DNA of 64,000 bases from an uncultured Candidatus Rokubacteria bacterium (GCA_963805625.1 CAWDVE010000021.1:224001-288000), one strand, 5' to 3'; shown: positions 36,046-47,406, counted from the first letter of the stretch. Made by a program: numbers and translations. The notes: generated by a model not told the origin, from the letters alone.

Positions 36046-37920
36046 TTACGGCAGTTCGTAGGCGAGGATACGACCCCTGGGGCGCCCCACCGGATTGAGG
36101 GTCTCCAGATCGAACCCGCGCGGCACGACCCCCACCACGACCTCCGCCAGCCCGTCCCCGTCGAGGTCCCCGTAGGCGAAGTCGGCGATGTAGCCCTCCG
36201 TCACGCCGCTCTGCCAGACCCGGACGAAGGCCCCGTCCTTCCAGCGGAGCCGGTGGATCCGGCCGCGATTGAACAGCGTCGCCGCCAGCCGGGGGAGGAT
36301 CCCGCGTCCCTGCTGGAGCGCGGGAAGGAGGTTCTCGTAGACGAGGATCTCCGGCCCCGGGGCTGTCCCGGGCAAGGGCACCACCCGCCCCGCGATGCGC
36401 GCCACTATGGTGTCCCCGCCCGCCTGGCGCCGGGCGCCGCCGGTGGGCAGATACTCGAACGTGACGGCCGAGCCGCCCAGGGGGTCCGCGCTCGTCCAGA
36501 GGCGCTGGCCCTTGGCGGTCCACACGGTCAGGCGATAGTCGTCCGTGAAGGCCACGACCTCCGGCTCGGGGCTCCCGGTCAGGCGCATCAGGGCGAGGCC
36601 ATAGACGCTGACGCCCCGCGGCACGCGCAGGCGCGATACGTCCCGAAAGCGCTCCCCGTCCCAGAGCAGGCGGCGGATCTCGGTGTCGAACGGGTCGTCC
36701 TCCCCCGCGTCCTGCTCGAGGAGCCAGTTCTCGGTTCCCACCCGCACGACTCGCAGGTACCGGCCGGACGTGTCGTACAGCACGCGGAATCCGTCGGATG
36801 CGCTCCACTCCAGCACCCGCGCGCGCACTCCCGGGCGGCCCTCGCCTCGCTGATCGACGACGACCAGCTGAGTCCGGCCGGAATCCGTGACCGGGGCCGC
36901 GTCCACCGAGAGGATCAAGCCGCCGGGGCGGAAGCTGGTGCCCTCCACCGGGACCGGGCTGCCGCCCTCGACCGTCCGGTAGGCAATCAGGTTCTGCTCA
37001 TCGGCCACGATCAACTCCGCATGCCCGTCGCCGTCGAGGTCGCCGAGCGCGAGCGCGCGAACCGGTCCATCCAGGGGATACCGGCGCGCGAGCTCGGGGG
37101 TCTCCTCCCAGGCGAAGCGCGGCGGGAAGCTGGCCGGAGTTAGCGGCGAGCGGACGGCCACGAGCGTCTCGCCGGTCTGTCCAGAGGTCCACGTGGTCTC
37201 GAGAACGCGGGTCGTCCCATCGCGGACCAGCCGGGAGCTGAGCACGGCCACCCCGCCGAGCCGGCGGGCCACCTCGAGGGGCGAGGGGCTCGATCCCCGC
37301 GTCTGGCCCACCAGGTCCAGGACCCGCTGAGGATCGACCGACAGGAACCGTCCGGTCTTGTCGAGGATCGCGGAGAACCGCGCTACCAGCAGGAGCTGGG
37401 TCTGGTCGGCGCTGTCGAAGGCGGCCTGCACCCCGCTGGTCGGGAGCACCGCGACGGGGAGCCGCCCGGCGCTGATCCGCGCGCCATCGCCGGGGCCAGG
37501 AGCCGGGGCGGCCCGGCCAGCCAGGGGCACGAGCCGTCCGGTCGCGGCGTCGGGCTCGACCGCGGTCAGGACGAGCGTCCCCAGCACCTGTTCGGTGTGC
37601 CCCAGCGGCTGATTCGTGACGGGGTGGCGGAAAATCACTCCGCGCCGGAAGAGCGTGAGCTCGAGGCCGGGCCTGAGACTCGCGATCCCCGCGCCCTCGA
37701 CGCGGATGGTGTCCCCCGTGGCCGCGGTCACCTGGAGCTCGACCCTCGGGAAGGCCGCGGCCAGCTGCTCGGCCGTCTTCTGGTAGGTCGCCCCGAGATC
37801 CTGCAGGACGTCGGCTCGCGCCGGGCCGGCGGCTCCGAGGAGCCCCAGGGCCACGATCAGCGCGACGATCACGACGCTGCCCTCGCCACCGCCGCCCCAG
37901 CCCGGACCCGAGCGTCGCAT
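36046..37920 (-). CDS. Exported VCBS/FG-GAP-repeat protein
   Basis: Signal peptide (ARA-D) and repeats GDLDGDGHAELIV and GDLDGDGLAEVVV. Confidence 0.75.
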   Translation of the reverse strand: MRRSGPGWGGGGEGSVVIVALIVALGLLGAAGPARADVLQDLGATYQKTAEQLAAAFPRVELQVTAATGDTIRVEGAGIASLRPGLELTLFRRGVIFRHPVTNQPLGHTEQVLGTLVLTAVEPDAATGRLVPLAGRAAPAPGPGDGARISAGRLPVAVLPTSGVQAAFDSADQTQLLLVARFSAILDKTGRFLSVDPQRVLDLVGQTRGSSPSPLEVARRLGGVAVLSSRLVRDGTTRVLETTWTSGQTGETLVAVRSPLTPASFPPRFAWEETPELARRYPLDGPVRALALGDLDGDGHAELIVADEQNLIAYRTVEGGSPVPVEGTSFRPGGLILSVDAAPVTDSGRTQLVVVDQRGEGRPGVRARVLEWSASDGFRVLYDTSGRYLRVVRVGTENWLLEQDAGEDDPFDTEIRRLLWDGERFRDVSRLRVPRGVSVYGLALMRLTGSPEPEVVAFTDDYRLTVWTAKGQRLWTSADPLGGSAVTFEYLPTGGARRQAGGDTIVARIAGRVVPLPGTAPGPEILVYENLLPALQQGRGILPRLAATLFNRGRIHRLRWKDGAFVRVWQSGVTEGYIADFAYGDLDGDGLAEVVVGVVPRGFDLETLNPVGRPRGRILAYELP

Positions 37921-37924
37921 GGGG

Positions 37925-39670
37925 TCAGAAGCCCACGGACGGACGGTGGACGCCAAAGACCGCGCGCAGGCGCGCTCCGATCTCACCCAGGGTGACGTCG
38001 GCCTGCACGGCGTCCAGCAACCGCGGCACCAGGTTGTCGGTGCCGCGCGCCGCCCGCTCGACGGCATCGAGCGCCCGCGCCGCCCGATCCCCGTCCCGGC
38101 GCCGCCGGAGATCGCGGAGCCGCTCGGCTTGCCGGCTCTCGACCTCGGGATCGGGCTGGAAGAGCGCAGCTGGCGGGGACGCGGCGGTCACGAACTCGTT
38201 GACGCCGACGACAACCCGTGCACGGCTCTCAACTTCCTGCTGGTAGCGGTACGCCGCGTCCTGGATCTCCCGCTGCATGAACCCGATCGCCGCCACCGCG
38301 CCCCCCAGACCGTCGATCTTGTCGAGGTAGGCCATCGCCCCGTCCTCGATGTCCCGGGTGAGGCGCTCGACCAGATAGGCCCCGCCGAGCGGGTCGACCG
38401 TCGCCGCCACGCCCGACTCGTAGGCGAGGACCTGCTGGGTCCGGAGCGCCGTGCGCACGGCCGCCTCGGAGGGAAGCGACAGGGCCTCGTCCATCGAGTT
38501 GGTGTGCAGCGACTGGCAGCCCCCCAGGATGGCAGCCAGCGCCTGGACGGCGACGCGCACGACGTTGTTCTCGGGCTGCTGGGCCGTCAGGGTCGAGCCC
38601 GCCGTCTGGGCGTGGAACCGGAGCGTCCACGCGCGCGGGTCCCGGGCCCCGAACCGCTCCCGCATGAGGCGGGCCCAGAGTCGGCGCGCGGCGCGGAACT
38701 TGGCGACCTCCTCCAGGAGGTCGTTGTGGGCATTGAAGAAGAACGAGAGCTGGGGAGCGAACTCGTCGACCTGGAGCCCCGCAGCCTGCGCCGCCTGCAC
38801 GTAGGCCACCGCGTTGGCCAGCGTGAAGGCCACCTCCTGCACGGCGGTCGAGCCGGCCTCGCGGAGGTGGTAGCCCGAGATGGAGATCGTGTTCCAGCGC
38901 GGGACGCGGTCCTTGCAGTATCCGAAGACGTCCGTCACCAACCGGAGCGACGGTCCCGGCGGGAAGATGTAGGTGCCGCGCGCGATGAACTCCTTCAGGA
39001 TGTCGTTCTGCACGGTGCCGGCGAGCGTCGCCGCGGGAATGCCCTGGCGCTCGGCCACCGCCAGGTAGAGGGCCAGCAGGGTGGCGGCGGTGGCGTTGAT
39101 CGTCATGGAAGTCGAGACGCGGCCCAGGGGCAGGTCGCGGAGGAGCTCGGCCATGTCGTCGACGCTCGAGATGGACACCCCCACACGCCCGACCTCGCTC
39201 CGCGCCTCCGGCGCGTCCGCGTCGTGCCCCATCTGCGTCGGCAGGTCGAAGGCGACCGACAGCCCGGTCTGCCCCTCCGCGAGGAGGTAATGAAACCGCC
39301 GGTTGGTCTCGGCGGCCGTCCCGAACCCCGCGTACTGCCGCATGGTCCAGAGGCGCCCGCGGTACATGGTCGGCTGGACCCCCCGGGTGTAGGGATACTC
39401 CCCCGGGAACCCGAGCTCGGTGACGTAGTCGAAGCCTCCGAGGTCGGCGGGCGTCGCCAGGCGGGGCAGGGGCGCCCCCCAGGACGTCTCCAGCCGGGGA
39501 CGCTCGGGTGTCCGCGCGACCGCGGGCCCCAGCGTCTCCCGCTCCCAGCGCGCCAGGGCGTCCTCCAGCGTTGGCAGCTTGGGCGGCTTGGGCAGCCGTG
39601 GCTGCCCGGGCCCGGGAGGCTCGGGAGACTGGGACGGGCGGGCGTCGGGCAGGGGGGGTGGGGAGCTCAC
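37925..39670 (-). CDS. Methylmalonyl-CoA mutase, stand-alone substrate-binding large subunit
   Basis: [39 protein letters not shown] and HTNSMDEA. No DxHxxG B12-binding domain. Confidence 0.93.
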   Translation of the reverse strand: MSSPPPLPDARPSQSPEPPGPGQPRLPKPPKLPTLEDALARWERETLGPAVARTPERPRLETSWGAPLPRLATPADLGGFDYVTELGFPGEYPYTRGVQPTMYRGRLWTMRQYAGFGTAAETNRRFHYLLAEGQTGLSVAFDLPTQMGHDADAPEARSEVGRVGVSISSVDDMAELLRDLPLGRVSTSMTINATAATLLALYLAVAERQGIPAATLAGTVQNDILKEFIARGTYIFPPGPSLRLVTDVFGYCKDRVPRWNTISISGYHLREAGSTAVQEVAFTLANAVAYVQAAQAAGLQVDEFAPQLSFFFNAHNDLLEEVAKFRAARRLWARLMRERFGARDPRAWTLRFHAQTAGSTLTAQQPENNVVRVAVQALAAILGGCQSLHTNSMDEALSLPSEAAVRTALRTQQVLAYESGVAATVDPLGGAYLVERLTRDIEDGAMAYLDKIDGLGGAVAAIGFMQREIQDAAYRYQQEVESRARVVVGVNEFVTAASPPAALFQPDPEVESRQAERLRDLRRRRDGDRAARALDAVERAARGTDNLVPRLLDAVQADVTLGEIGARLRAVFGVHRPSVGF

Positions 39671-41217
39671 AGCGGCAGGTTCCCGTGCTTTCTGGGCGGG
39701 TTCTGGTCCCGCTTGGTGCGCAAGGTCTCCAGGGCCGAGACGAGCCGGCGGCGCGTCTCGCGCGGCTCGATGACGTCGTCGACGTACCCGCGCGCCGCCG
39801 CCACGTAGGGATTGGCGAACTTCTCCCGGAACTCGGCGACCCGCTCGGCCCTGAAGCGCACGGGGTCGTCGGTCTCCCCGAGCTCCCGGCGGTACAGGAT
39901 GTTGACCGCCCCCTCGGGCCCCATCACCGCGATCTCGGCGGTCGGGAACGCGAAGTTCGCGTCCGCGCGGATGTGCTTGCTGGCCATGACGCAGTAGGCG
40001 CCGCCATACGCCTTGCGGGTGATGACGGTGAGCTTAGGTACCGTCGCCTCGGCGAAGGCGTAGAGAAGCTTGGCCCCGTGCTTGATGATGCCGCCGAACT
40101 CCTGCGCGGTGCCGGGCAGGAATCCCGGCACGTCCTCGAACGTGACGAGCGGGATGTTGAAGCAGTCGCAGAACCGCACGAAGCGGGCACCCTTGAGGGA
40201 GGCGGCGATGTCGAGGCACCCCGCCAGATGCGCCGGCTGGTTCGCCACGACCCCGACCGGCCGGCCCCCGAGCCGTCCGAAGCCCACGACCAGATTCGGC
40301 GCGTACTCCGCCTGGACCTCGAAGAAGTGCTGGTCGTCGAGGACCGTCTGGATCAGCTCCTTCATGTCGTACGGCTTGGTCGGGTTGTCGGGCACGAGGC
40401 GCTGGAGACTCTCGTCCATTCGGTCGGGCGGATCCGCCGTCGGGCGCACCGGGGGGTCCTCGAGGTTGTTCGGCGGCAGGAAGCTCAGGAGCTCCCGGAT
40501 CGCCTCGAGGCACGCGTCCTCGCTCTCCGCGGCCAGGTGGGCGACCCCCGAGACCCGCGCGTGGGTGTCGGCCCCGCCGAGCTCCTCGAAGGTCACCTCC
40601 TCGTGGGTCACGGCCTTGAGGACCTCGGGACCGGTCACGAACATGTAGGACGACCCGCGGACCATGAACGTGAAGTCGGTGATCGCCGGCGAGTACACCG
40701 CCCCCCCGGCGCACGGGCCCATGATCGCCGAGATCTGCGGCACCACCCCCGAGGCCAGCACGTTCCGGAGGAAGATGTCGGCGTAGCCGGCCAGCGAGAC
40801 CACGCCCTCCTGGATGCGCGCCCCACCGGAGTCGTTCAGGCCGACGATCGGCACGCCGACCTTGAGGGCGAGGTCCATGATCTTGCAGATCTTCTGCGCG
40901 TAGGGCAGCGAGAGCGAGCCCCCGAACACGGTGAAGTCCTGGGCGAAGAGGTAGATCGGCCGCCCGTTGATCCGCGCGGACCCCGTCACCACGCCGTCGC
41001 CCAGCACGCCTGGCCCGGGCCCGTCGACGTCGGTGGCCGGCTGGACGACGAACCGGTCGAGCTCCTCGAAGGAGCCCTTGTCCACGAGGCCCGCGACCCG
41101 CTCCCGGGCGGTCCGCTTGCCGGCGGCGTGCTGGCGGGCGATCCGCTCGGGCCCGCCGCCGAGCTCGGCCGCCGCGCGCAGCCGGGTCAGCTCGGCGAAC
41201 CGCTCGTCGAGACTCAA
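39667..41217 (-). CDS. pccB: Acyl-CoA carboxylase beta (carboxyltransferase) subunit
   Basis: [43 protein letters not shown] and RKHGNLPL. Confidence 0.92.
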   Translation of the reverse strand: MSLDERFAELTRLRAAAELGGGPERIARQHAAGKRTARERVAGLVDKGSFEELDRFVVQPATDVDGPGPGVLGDGVVTGSARINGRPIYLFAQDFTVFGGSLSLPYAQKICKIMDLALKVGVPIVGLNDSGGARIQEGVVSLAGYADIFLRNVLASGVVPQISAIMGPCAGGAVYSPAITDFTFMVRGSSYMFVTGPEVLKAVTHEEVTFEELGGADTHARVSGVAHLAAESEDACLEAIRELLSFLPPNNLEDPPVRPTADPPDRMDESLQRLVPDNPTKPYDMKELIQTVLDDQHFFEVQAEYAPNLVVGFGRLGGRPVGVVANQPAHLAGCLDIAASLKGARFVRFCDCFNIPLVTFEDVPGFLPGTAQEFGGIIKHGAKLLYAFAEATVPKLTVITRKAYGGAYCVMASKHIRADANFAFPTAEIAVMGPEGAVNILYRRELGETDDPVRFRAERVAEFREKFANPYVAAARGYVDDVIEPRETRRRLVSALETLRTKRDQNPPRKHGNLPL

Positions 41218-41276
41218 CCGGCGCTCCCGGACCAGGGGCGAGGAGGCTCCGCGACCTCATGAAACATCGGTTGGAC

Positions 41277-41353
41277 AGTATACGGGGCCTTTGGAGAGAC
41301 CGTCAAACTCACCGGGCCCAAATTTGACGCCGGCCCGGGGCCTCTGTTACGTT
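41277..41353. promoter_or_regulatory. Back-to-back promoters for pccB (minus) and DUF948 (plus)
   Basis: Minus TTGACG-18-TATACT (41277-41306); plus TTGACG-18-TACGTT (41324-41353). Confidence 0.6.
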
Positions 41354-41388
41354 GGGAACTCACCCTCGCGACGACAAAGGGGCCCCCC

Positions 41389-41775
41389 GTGCTACAGGTA
41401 GCGGCGCTGATTGCCAGCCTGGCTTTCCTCGCGCTCGTGATCGCGGTCATCCCGGCCCTCCTCCAGGTGGCCCGGACCGCGCGCGCGGCGGAGCAGACGC
41501 TGGCGTCCGTCGACCGCGAGGTCAAGCCCCTGACCACCCAGATCCAGGCCCTGCTCCAGGAGCACCGCACCCTCGCCCAGCAGGCGACCAAGGACCTCCG
41601 GCAGATCGAGGGCATCGCGCTGATGGCGCAGGACGTCCTGGCCCGGGTGACGAACCTCACCAGTCTGCTCGCGGGCTTTGGGACCGTGGGCCGCGTGGTC
41701 GGCGTCGCGCGGGGCCTCCAGAAGGGGATCGACGTGTTCGTCCACCGCCTGGCGCGCCACCGCAGCAAGGAGTGA
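41389..41775 (+). CDS. DUF948 (YoxC-like) membrane-anchored coiled-coil protein
   Basis: N-terminal TM helix plus amphipathic coiled coil; paired with YtxH as in other bacteria. Confidence 0.75.
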   Translation: MLQVAALIASLAFLALVIAVIPALLQVARTARAAEQTLASVDREVKPLTTQIQALLQEHRTLAQQATKDLRQIEGIALMAQDVLARVTNLTSLLAGFGTVGRVVGVARGLQKGIDVFVHRLARHRSKE

Positions 41776-41778
41776 GCC

Positions 41779-42147
41779 ATGAGTGAAGACCGTGAAGACC
41801 TGAACTTCCTGGGAGCGTTGGGGCTCCTCGCCGTGGGCGCCCTCATCGGCGCCGCCGCCGCGCTCCTCCTGGCCCCGAGGAGAGGCGACGAGACGCGCGA
41901 GCTACTCCGCGAGAAGGGCACCGACTGGGCGCGCCAGGCCCGGGAGCGCGGAGCGGAGCTGGCCAAGCGGGCCCAGGAGACGGTGGGCGATGCCCAGGTC
42001 CGGGCCCAGGAGTACCTCGGGCGCGGCCGCGAGGTCGTCGAGGACACCTCCGCCCAGCTGAAGGCCGCGTTCGAGGCCGGGCGGGGCGCGATGCGGGAAG
42101 AGATCGCGCGGCTCCGCGGCCGCGACGAGCCCCTCGAAGGCGTCTAG
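41779..42147 (+). CDS. YtxH-domain protein
   Basis: GALIGAAAALLLAPRRGDETRELL signature. Confidence 0.88.
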   Translation: MSEDREDLNFLGALGLLAVGALIGAAAALLLAPRRGDETRELLREKGTDWARQARERGAELAKRAQETVGDAQVRAQEYLGRGREVVEDTSAQLKAAFEAGRGAMREEIARLRGRDEPLEGV

Positions 42148-42238
42148 GAGCCCCTTCTCCCCGACCACCCGCCGGGCGGGCCGCCTCCGGCCCCCCGGCA
42201 TCGGCCCGCGCCGGGCGCCTGGGCGGGGGAGTCGGTCC

Positions 42239-43633
42239 TTAGAGGTGGATGGCCTGCCCCATGGCGTCGAGGGCGGCCTCCATCACCGCTTCGGCCATCG
42301 TCGGGTGGGCATGGATCGTGTGGCCCACCTCCTCGACGGTGGCCTCGAGCGTCTTCCCGAGCCCGAACTCGGCGATCAGCTCGGTGGCCTCCGCCCCCAG
42401 GATGTGGACGCCCAGGATCTCGCCCGTGTCGGCGGCCGCGACGATCTTGACGAGACCCTCGGGCTCGGCGAGCGCCTGGGCCTTGCCGTTGGCCAGGAAC
42501 ATGTACTTGCCCACCTTCACCGCGCGGCCGTCGGCCCGGGCCTGCGCCTCGGTGAGTCCGAGGCTCGCCACCTGCGGGTGACAGTAGGTGCAGCCCGGGA
42601 TCGTCCGGTAGTCGACCGGGTGCCCCGGGTGCCCCGCGAGCGCCTCGGCGGCCACGATGCCCTCCGCGCTCGCCTTGTGCGCGAGGAGCGGCGGGCCCGC
42701 CAGGTCGCCGATCGCGTAGACGCCCGGAACCGACGTCTCCATCCGGGGTGAGACCTTGACGAACCCCCGGTCCATGGCCACCCCGAGCGCGTCGAGCCCG
42801 AGGGCCTGCGTGTTCGCTCCTCGGCCCACGGCCATCAGGACGAGGGCGCCCTCCACGCGGGTGGCCTGGCCCTCCTGCTCGAGCTCGACCGTCACCCCGT
42901 CGGGGCCGACGCGCACTCCCTGGACCTTCACGCCCGTCCGCACGTCGATCTTCCGCTTCGCGAAGCTCCGCGCGAGGAGCTTCGAGATCTCCTCGTCCTC
43001 GATCGGCAAGAGCCGCGAGAGGGCCTCGACGATCGTGACCTGGACCCCGTACGCGGCGAAGACGTCGGCGAACTCGACGCCGACGGCCCCGGCCCCGATC
43101 ACCACCACGGAGGGCGGCAGGCGCTCGAGCCGGAGCGCCTCGTCGGAGCTGATGATCCGGGTCTTGTCGATCGGCACGCCCGGCAGGCTCTTGGGCGCCG
43201 CGCCCGTCGCGAGCACGATCGCCCGCGCCTCGAGCGTCCGGACGCTGCCGTCCGGCGCCTGCACGCGCACGGCGCCGGGCGCCGTCACCGTACCGCGACC
43301 GGGGACGAGGGTGATCTTGTTCTTCCGGAACAGGAACTCGACGCCCTTGGACATCCGGTCGGCCACCTGGCGGCTCCGCGTGTAGGCGACCCGGTAGTCG
43401 GCGCGGAGGTTGTCCACGGTCACGCCGAACTCCCCGGCCCGCTGGAACAGCTGGAGCACCTCCGCATTCCGGAGGAGCGCCTTCGTGGGAATGCAGCCCC
43501 AGTTCAGACAGATGCCGCCGGGCCGGTCGGCCTCGACGACGGCAACCCGCTGCCCGAGCTGGGCAGCCCGGATCGCCGAGACGTAGCCGCCCGGGCCCGA
43601 GCCGATGATGACGGCGTCGAAGCGCTCGCTCAT
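42239..43633 (-). CDS. lpdA: Dihydrolipoyl dehydrogenase (E3)
   Basis: GSGPGG, GGICLNWGCIPTK, GAGAVG, LAHKA and HPTMAE. Confidence 0.97.
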   Translation of the reverse strand: MSERFDAVIIGSGPGGYVSAIRAAQLGQRVAVVEADRPGGICLNWGCIPTKALLRNAEVLQLFQRAGEFGVTVDNLRADYRVAYTRSRQVADRMSKGVEFLFRKNKITLVPGRGTVTAPGAVRVQAPDGSVRTLEARAIVLATGAAPKSLPGVPIDKTRIISSDEALRLERLPPSVVVIGAGAVGVEFADVFAAYGVQVTIVEALSRLLPIEDEEISKLLARSFAKRKIDVRTGVKVQGVRVGPDGVTVELEQEGQATRVEGALVLMAVGRGANTQALGLDALGVAMDRGFVKVSPRMETSVPGVYAIGDLAGPPLLAHKASAEGIVAAEALAGHPGHPVDYRTIPGCTYCHPQVASLGLTEAQARADGRAVKVGKYMFLANGKAQALAEPEGLVKIVAAADTGEILGVHILGAEATELIAEFGLGKTLEATVEEVGHTIHAHPTMAEAVMEAALDAMGQAIHL

Positions 43634-43637
43634 CGCG

Positions 43638-44960
43638 TCAGACCAGGAGCGCCAGGGGGGCCTCGAGCGCGGCCTTCAGATCGGCGAGGAAGCGGGCGCC
43701 CATCGCGCCATCCATGACCCGGTGGTCTGCCGACAGGGTCACGCGCATGCGCTTGCCCACCGCCAGCTGGCCATCGACCACGACCGGCTTGTCGACGATC
43801 GCCCCCACGGCCAGGATCGCGCCCTCGGGGGGATTGATGATCGCGCTGAACTCGTCCACGGGAAACATCCCGAGGTTCGACACGGAGAAGGTCGCCCCGG
43901 AGAGCTCCTGCTGGCGAAGCTTCCGCCCCCGCGTCCGCTCGACCAGGTCCCGCGCCTCCGCGGCGATCTGGAACAGCGACTTCCGGTCGCAGTCCCGGAG
44001 GACCGGCGTGATGAGGCCGTCCTCGACGGCGACGGCAATCCCGATGTGGGCAGCCCGATGCCGCCGGATGGCGTCGCCGGTGAAGCTCGCGTTGACCCCT
44101 GGGTGCTTCTGGAGCGCCACCGCGCAGGCGCGGACGATCACGTCGGTGAACGTGACCTTCGGCGCCCCCGGGAGCGCCTGGAGCTCCTCGCGCAGCGCCG
44201 CCGCGCGCTCCATGGCGATCTCGGTCGTGATGTAGAAGTGCGGGACCGGGGCCTTGGACTGCGTCATCTGCCGCGCGATCGCGGCGCGGATCGCGCTCAG
44301 CGGGACGTCCTCGGTGTCCGGCCCGGTGCGCGCGACGGCCGGCGACACCGCCGCGGCGGGCATGGCCGCCGCCACGGCGGTCGGGCGCCCAACCGGAGCC
44401 GGGGGCCGCGCGGCGACGAACGCCTCGATGTCCCGCTGGATGATCCGGCCGCTTGGCCCGGTCCCGGTCACGCGGGCGAGGTCGATGCTCGCCCGCTGGG
44501 CGAGCTTCCGCGCGAGGGGCGAGACCCGCAGTCGGCCCGGGGGGAGCACCGCGGCCGCGCTCGCCACCCCGGCGGGCGCGGGCGCGCTGGGCACCGGGGC
44601 GGCGGCCGGAGCCCGCGCGGCGACCGCCGGCGCAGCGGCCGGCGCCGACGCCGAGGGAGCCGCCGGAACGGCCGCGGGCCGGGCGGGCGCTCCGCCGACC
44701 ACGGCACTGATGTCCTCGTCCGGCTCGGCGATCACGGCGATCAGCCCGCCGACCGGCACCGCCGTCCCCGGCGTGGCGAGCAGCTTTCGGAGCACGCCGG
44801 AGCCGAACGCCTCGAGTTCGATGTCGGCCTTGTCCGTCTCGATCTCGGCGATGATGTCGCCACCCGAGATCCGGTCGCCCTCCTGCTTGAGCCAGCGCAG
44901 GAGCTTTCCGGTCTCCATCGCCTCGGACAGCTTCGGCATGACAACCTTGGTCACTGCCAT
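43638..44960 (-). CDS. pdhC: Dihydrolipoamide acetyltransferase (E2), one lipoyl domain
   Basis: MPKLS...ETDKA lipoyl site, GTGPSGRI binding domain, FSVSNLG and DHRVMDG. Confidence 0.95.
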   Translation of the reverse strand: MAVTKVVMPKLSEAMETGKLLRWLKQEGDRISGGDIIAEIETDKADIELEAFGSGVLRKLLATPGTAVPVGGLIAVIAEPDEDISAVVGGAPARPAAVPAAPSASAPAAAPAVAARAPAAAPVPSAPAPAGVASAAAVLPPGRLRVSPLARKLAQRASIDLARVTGTGPSGRIIQRDIEAFVAARPPAPVGRPTAVAAAMPAAAVSPAVARTGPDTEDVPLSAIRAAIARQMTQSKAPVPHFYITTEIAMERAAALREELQALPGAPKVTFTDVIVRACAVALQKHPGVNASFTGDAIRRHRAAHIGIAVAVEDGLITPVLRDCDRKSLFQIAAEARDLVERTRGRKLRQQELSGATFSVSNLGMFPVDEFSAIINPPEGAILAVGAIVDKPVVVDGQLAVGKRMRVTLSADHRVMDGAMGARFLADLKAALEAPLALLV

Positions 44961-44987
44961 GGCCCGCTCACCCTCCTCGGGGAATCG

Positions 44988-45971
44988 TCAGACGGAACAG
45001 AGCTTGCGGATCGCGTCGATGATCCGCTCCTTCGACGGAGTCTTGAGCCGCTCGAGGTTCCGCGCGTACGGCATCGGCGCGTTGGCGCCGAAGATCCGCG
45101 TCACCGGGGCGTCCAGGTCGTCGAACGCGCTCTCCGTGATGAAAGACGCGATCTCGGAGCCCATCCCGGCGAACCCCGCGCCGGACTCGGCTACCAGGAC
45201 GCGATGCGTCTTCCGTACCGAGGCCAGGATGGTCTCGGTGTCCATCGGGCGGAGGGTGCGGGGGTCGACGATCTCCACCGAGATGCCGTCGGTCTTCTCG
45301 ACCTCCTCGGCGGCCTCGAGCACCCGGTAGTACATGCCCGAGTAGGCGACGGCCGTCACGTCGCGGCCCTCGCGCTTGACCTCGGCCACCCCGAGGGGAA
45401 TGAGGAAGTCGGCGTCGTCGGGCACCTCGCCCTTGACGCCGTAGAGGGTCTCCGATTCGATGAAGATCACCGGGTTGTCGTCCCGGATCGAGCTCTTGAG
45501 GAGCCCCTTGGCGTCGCGGGGCGTCGTCGGGCGCACCACCTTCAGCCCGGGCACGTGGCAGAAGTACGACTCCATCGACTGCGAGTGCTGCGCGGCCAGC
45601 TGGTGGGCGGGGCCACCCGGCCCCCGGATCACCAGCGGGATGGGGAACTGGCCGCCCGACATGTAGAAGAGCTTCGCCGCGTGATTGACGATCTGGTCGA
45701 GCGCCACCAGCGCGAAGTTGAAGGTCATCATCTCGACGATGGGCCGAAGGCCCACCATCGCGGAGCCGATCCCGACTCCCGTGAATCCGGACTCGCAGAT
45801 CGGTGTGTCGACGACGCGCCGCTCGCCGAACTTCTCGAGCAGCCCCTGGCTCACCTTGTAGGCGCCGCCGTATACCCCGACCTCCTCGCCGACCAGGAAC
45901 ACCCGGTCGTCCCGCTCCATCTCCTCGCGAAGGGCGTGGTTCAGCGCCTCCCGGTACGTGATCACCGCCAT
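44988..45971 (-). CDS. pdhB: Pyruvate dehydrogenase E1 beta
   Basis: GEEVGVYGGAYKVS, DTPICE, EMMTFNF, AAQHSQ and RTLRP. Confidence 0.95.
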   Translation of the reverse strand: MAVITYREALNHALREEMERDDRVFLVGEEVGVYGGAYKVSQGLLEKFGERRVVDTPICESGFTGVGIGSAMVGLRPIVEMMTFNFALVALDQIVNHAAKLFYMSGGQFPIPLVIRGPGGPAHQLAAQHSQSMESYFCHVPGLKVVRPTTPRDAKGLLKSSIRDDNPVIFIESETLYGVKGEVPDDADFLIPLGVAEVKREGRDVTAVAYSGMYYRVLEAAEEVEKTDGISVEIVDPRTLRPMDTETILASVRKTHRVLVAESGAGFAGMGSEIASFITESAFDDLDAPVTRIFGANAPMPYARNLERLKTPSKERIIDAIRKLCSV

Positions 45972-46011
45972 GCCTGCCTCCTTCTCCACGCGCCCCGGTC
46001 CCGGCCGCGCC

Positions 46012-47049
46012 TCACGCGTAGACGTCCGTGGTCAGCCACTCCGCCGGCGGCTCCGGTGAGGCCTCCGCAAACTCCACCGCGTCGTTGACGCGCGCCTCCA
46101 CCCGTTCGGCCAGGGCCTGCCAGGTGGCCTCGTCGAGCGCCCCCGCCTCGCGGAGGCGCTCGCGCAGGCCGACGATCGGATCGCGGCGCTTCTCCTCCTC
46201 CACCTCGTCCTTCGTACGGTACACGGCCGCGGCGGGATCTCGCATGGAGTGGCCGCGGAACCGGTAGGTGCGGGCCTCGACCAGCGTCGGGGCCTTGCTC
46301 TCCCGGGCCCGCGCGACCGCGCGGCCCACGCACTCTCGCACGGCCAGCACGTCCATGCCGTCGCAGGCTTCCCCGGCCATCGCGTACGCGGCGGCGAATT
46401 TCGAGATGTCGGTCTGCGCCAGCGCCCGCTGGATGGCGGTGCCCATGGCGTAGCGATTGTTCTCGCAGATGAACACGACGGGCAGCTTCCAGAGGGCGGC
46501 CAGATTCATCGACTCGTGGAACTCCCCCTGGGGCACCGAGCCATCCCCGAAGAAGCAGAGGATCACCCGCGCGCGGTCCTCGTACCGGATTGCGAAGCCG
46601 ACGCCGGCGGCAATGGGGAGATAGCCGCCGACGATCGCGTGGCCCCCGAGGAAGTTGATGGCGCGGTCGAACATGTGCATCGAGCCGCCCTTGCCTTTGG
46701 AGACGCCGTCCCGCCGGCCGAACAGCTCGGCCATGATCCGCCGCGGGTCCCCGCCCTTCGCAAGGATGTGCCCGTGCTCGCGGTAGCCCGCGATCGCGTA
46801 GTCCTCGGGCCGGAGGGTCGACATCGCCCCCACTGCCACCGCCTCCTGCCCGATGTAGAGGTGGAGGAAGCCGCCGATCTTGCCGAGGGCGTACATCTCG
46901 GCCGCCTTCTCCTCGAACCGCCGGATGAGCTGCATCTGCTCGAGGAGGGCGAGCCCAACCGCGGCGTCCCCGCGGGCCACCGTTCCCACCACGGATCCCG
47001 TCGTCGCCACTGTCCGACCTCCCTTGTCGCGCGACCGCGCGGGTTTCAC
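46012..47049 (-). CDS. pdhA: Pyruvate dehydrogenase E1 alpha
   Basis: [23 protein letters not shown]...NN TPP motif and [11 protein letters not shown] overlaps the nuoK stop; an in-frame GTG at 47010 has a strong SD. Confidence 0.95.
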   Translation of the reverse strand: MKPARSRDKGGRTVATTGSVVGTVARGDAAVGLALLEQMQLIRRFEEKAAEMYALGKIGGFLHLYIGQEAVAVGAMSTLRPEDYAIAGYREHGHILAKGGDPRRIMAELFGRRDGVSKGKGGSMHMFDRAINFLGGHAIVGGYLPIAAGVGFAIRYEDRARVILCFFGDGSVPQGEFHESMNLAALWKLPVVFICENNRYAMGTAIQRALAQTDISKFAAAYAMAGEACDGMDVLAVRECVGRAVARARESKAPTLVEARTYRFRGHSMRDPAAAVYRTKDEVEEEKRRDPIVGLRERLREAGALDEATWQALAERVEARVNDAVEFAEASPEPPAEWLTTDVYA

Positions 47050-47354
47050 CAACGCATCAACGCCAGGTCGTCGACGTTGATCCGGAAGCGAGCCCGGAAG
47101 ATCGCCACGATGATCGCCAACCCGACCGCGACCTCGGCCGCCGCGACCGTCATCACGAAGAACACGATGATCTGCCCGTCGGCCGCGCCGTGGGCGCGCC
47201 CGAAGGCGACGAACGCCAGGTTCGCGGCGTTCAGCATGAGCTCGATGGACATGAAGATCACCAACGGGTTCCGCCGGACCAGGACGCCCACCACCCCGAT
47301 GGTGAACAGGATCGCCGACAGCCCCACATAGTACGCCGGCGGGACCATGCTCAC
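47046..47354 (-). CDS. nuoK: NADH-quinone oxidoreductase subunit K
   Basis: RRN...[11 protein letters not shown]...[11 protein letters not shown], with both conserved Glu residues. Confidence 0.96.
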   Translation of the reverse strand: MSMVPPAYYVGLSAILFTIGVVGVLVRRNPLVIFMSIELMLNAANLAFVAFGRAHGAADGQIIVFFVMTVAAAEVAVGLAIIVAIFRARFRINVDDLALMRW

Positions 47355-47406
47355 TGCGGCACCCTGGCTCTCTGGGAGCTCATCCGACGGCCTCAGCCCT
47401 GTGCGC

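Noticed and set aside
37925-39670. Isobutyryl-CoA or 2-hydroxyisobutyryl-CoA mutase
   Set aside because: The specificity position is Tyr (RQYAG), as in methylmalonyl-CoA mutase.
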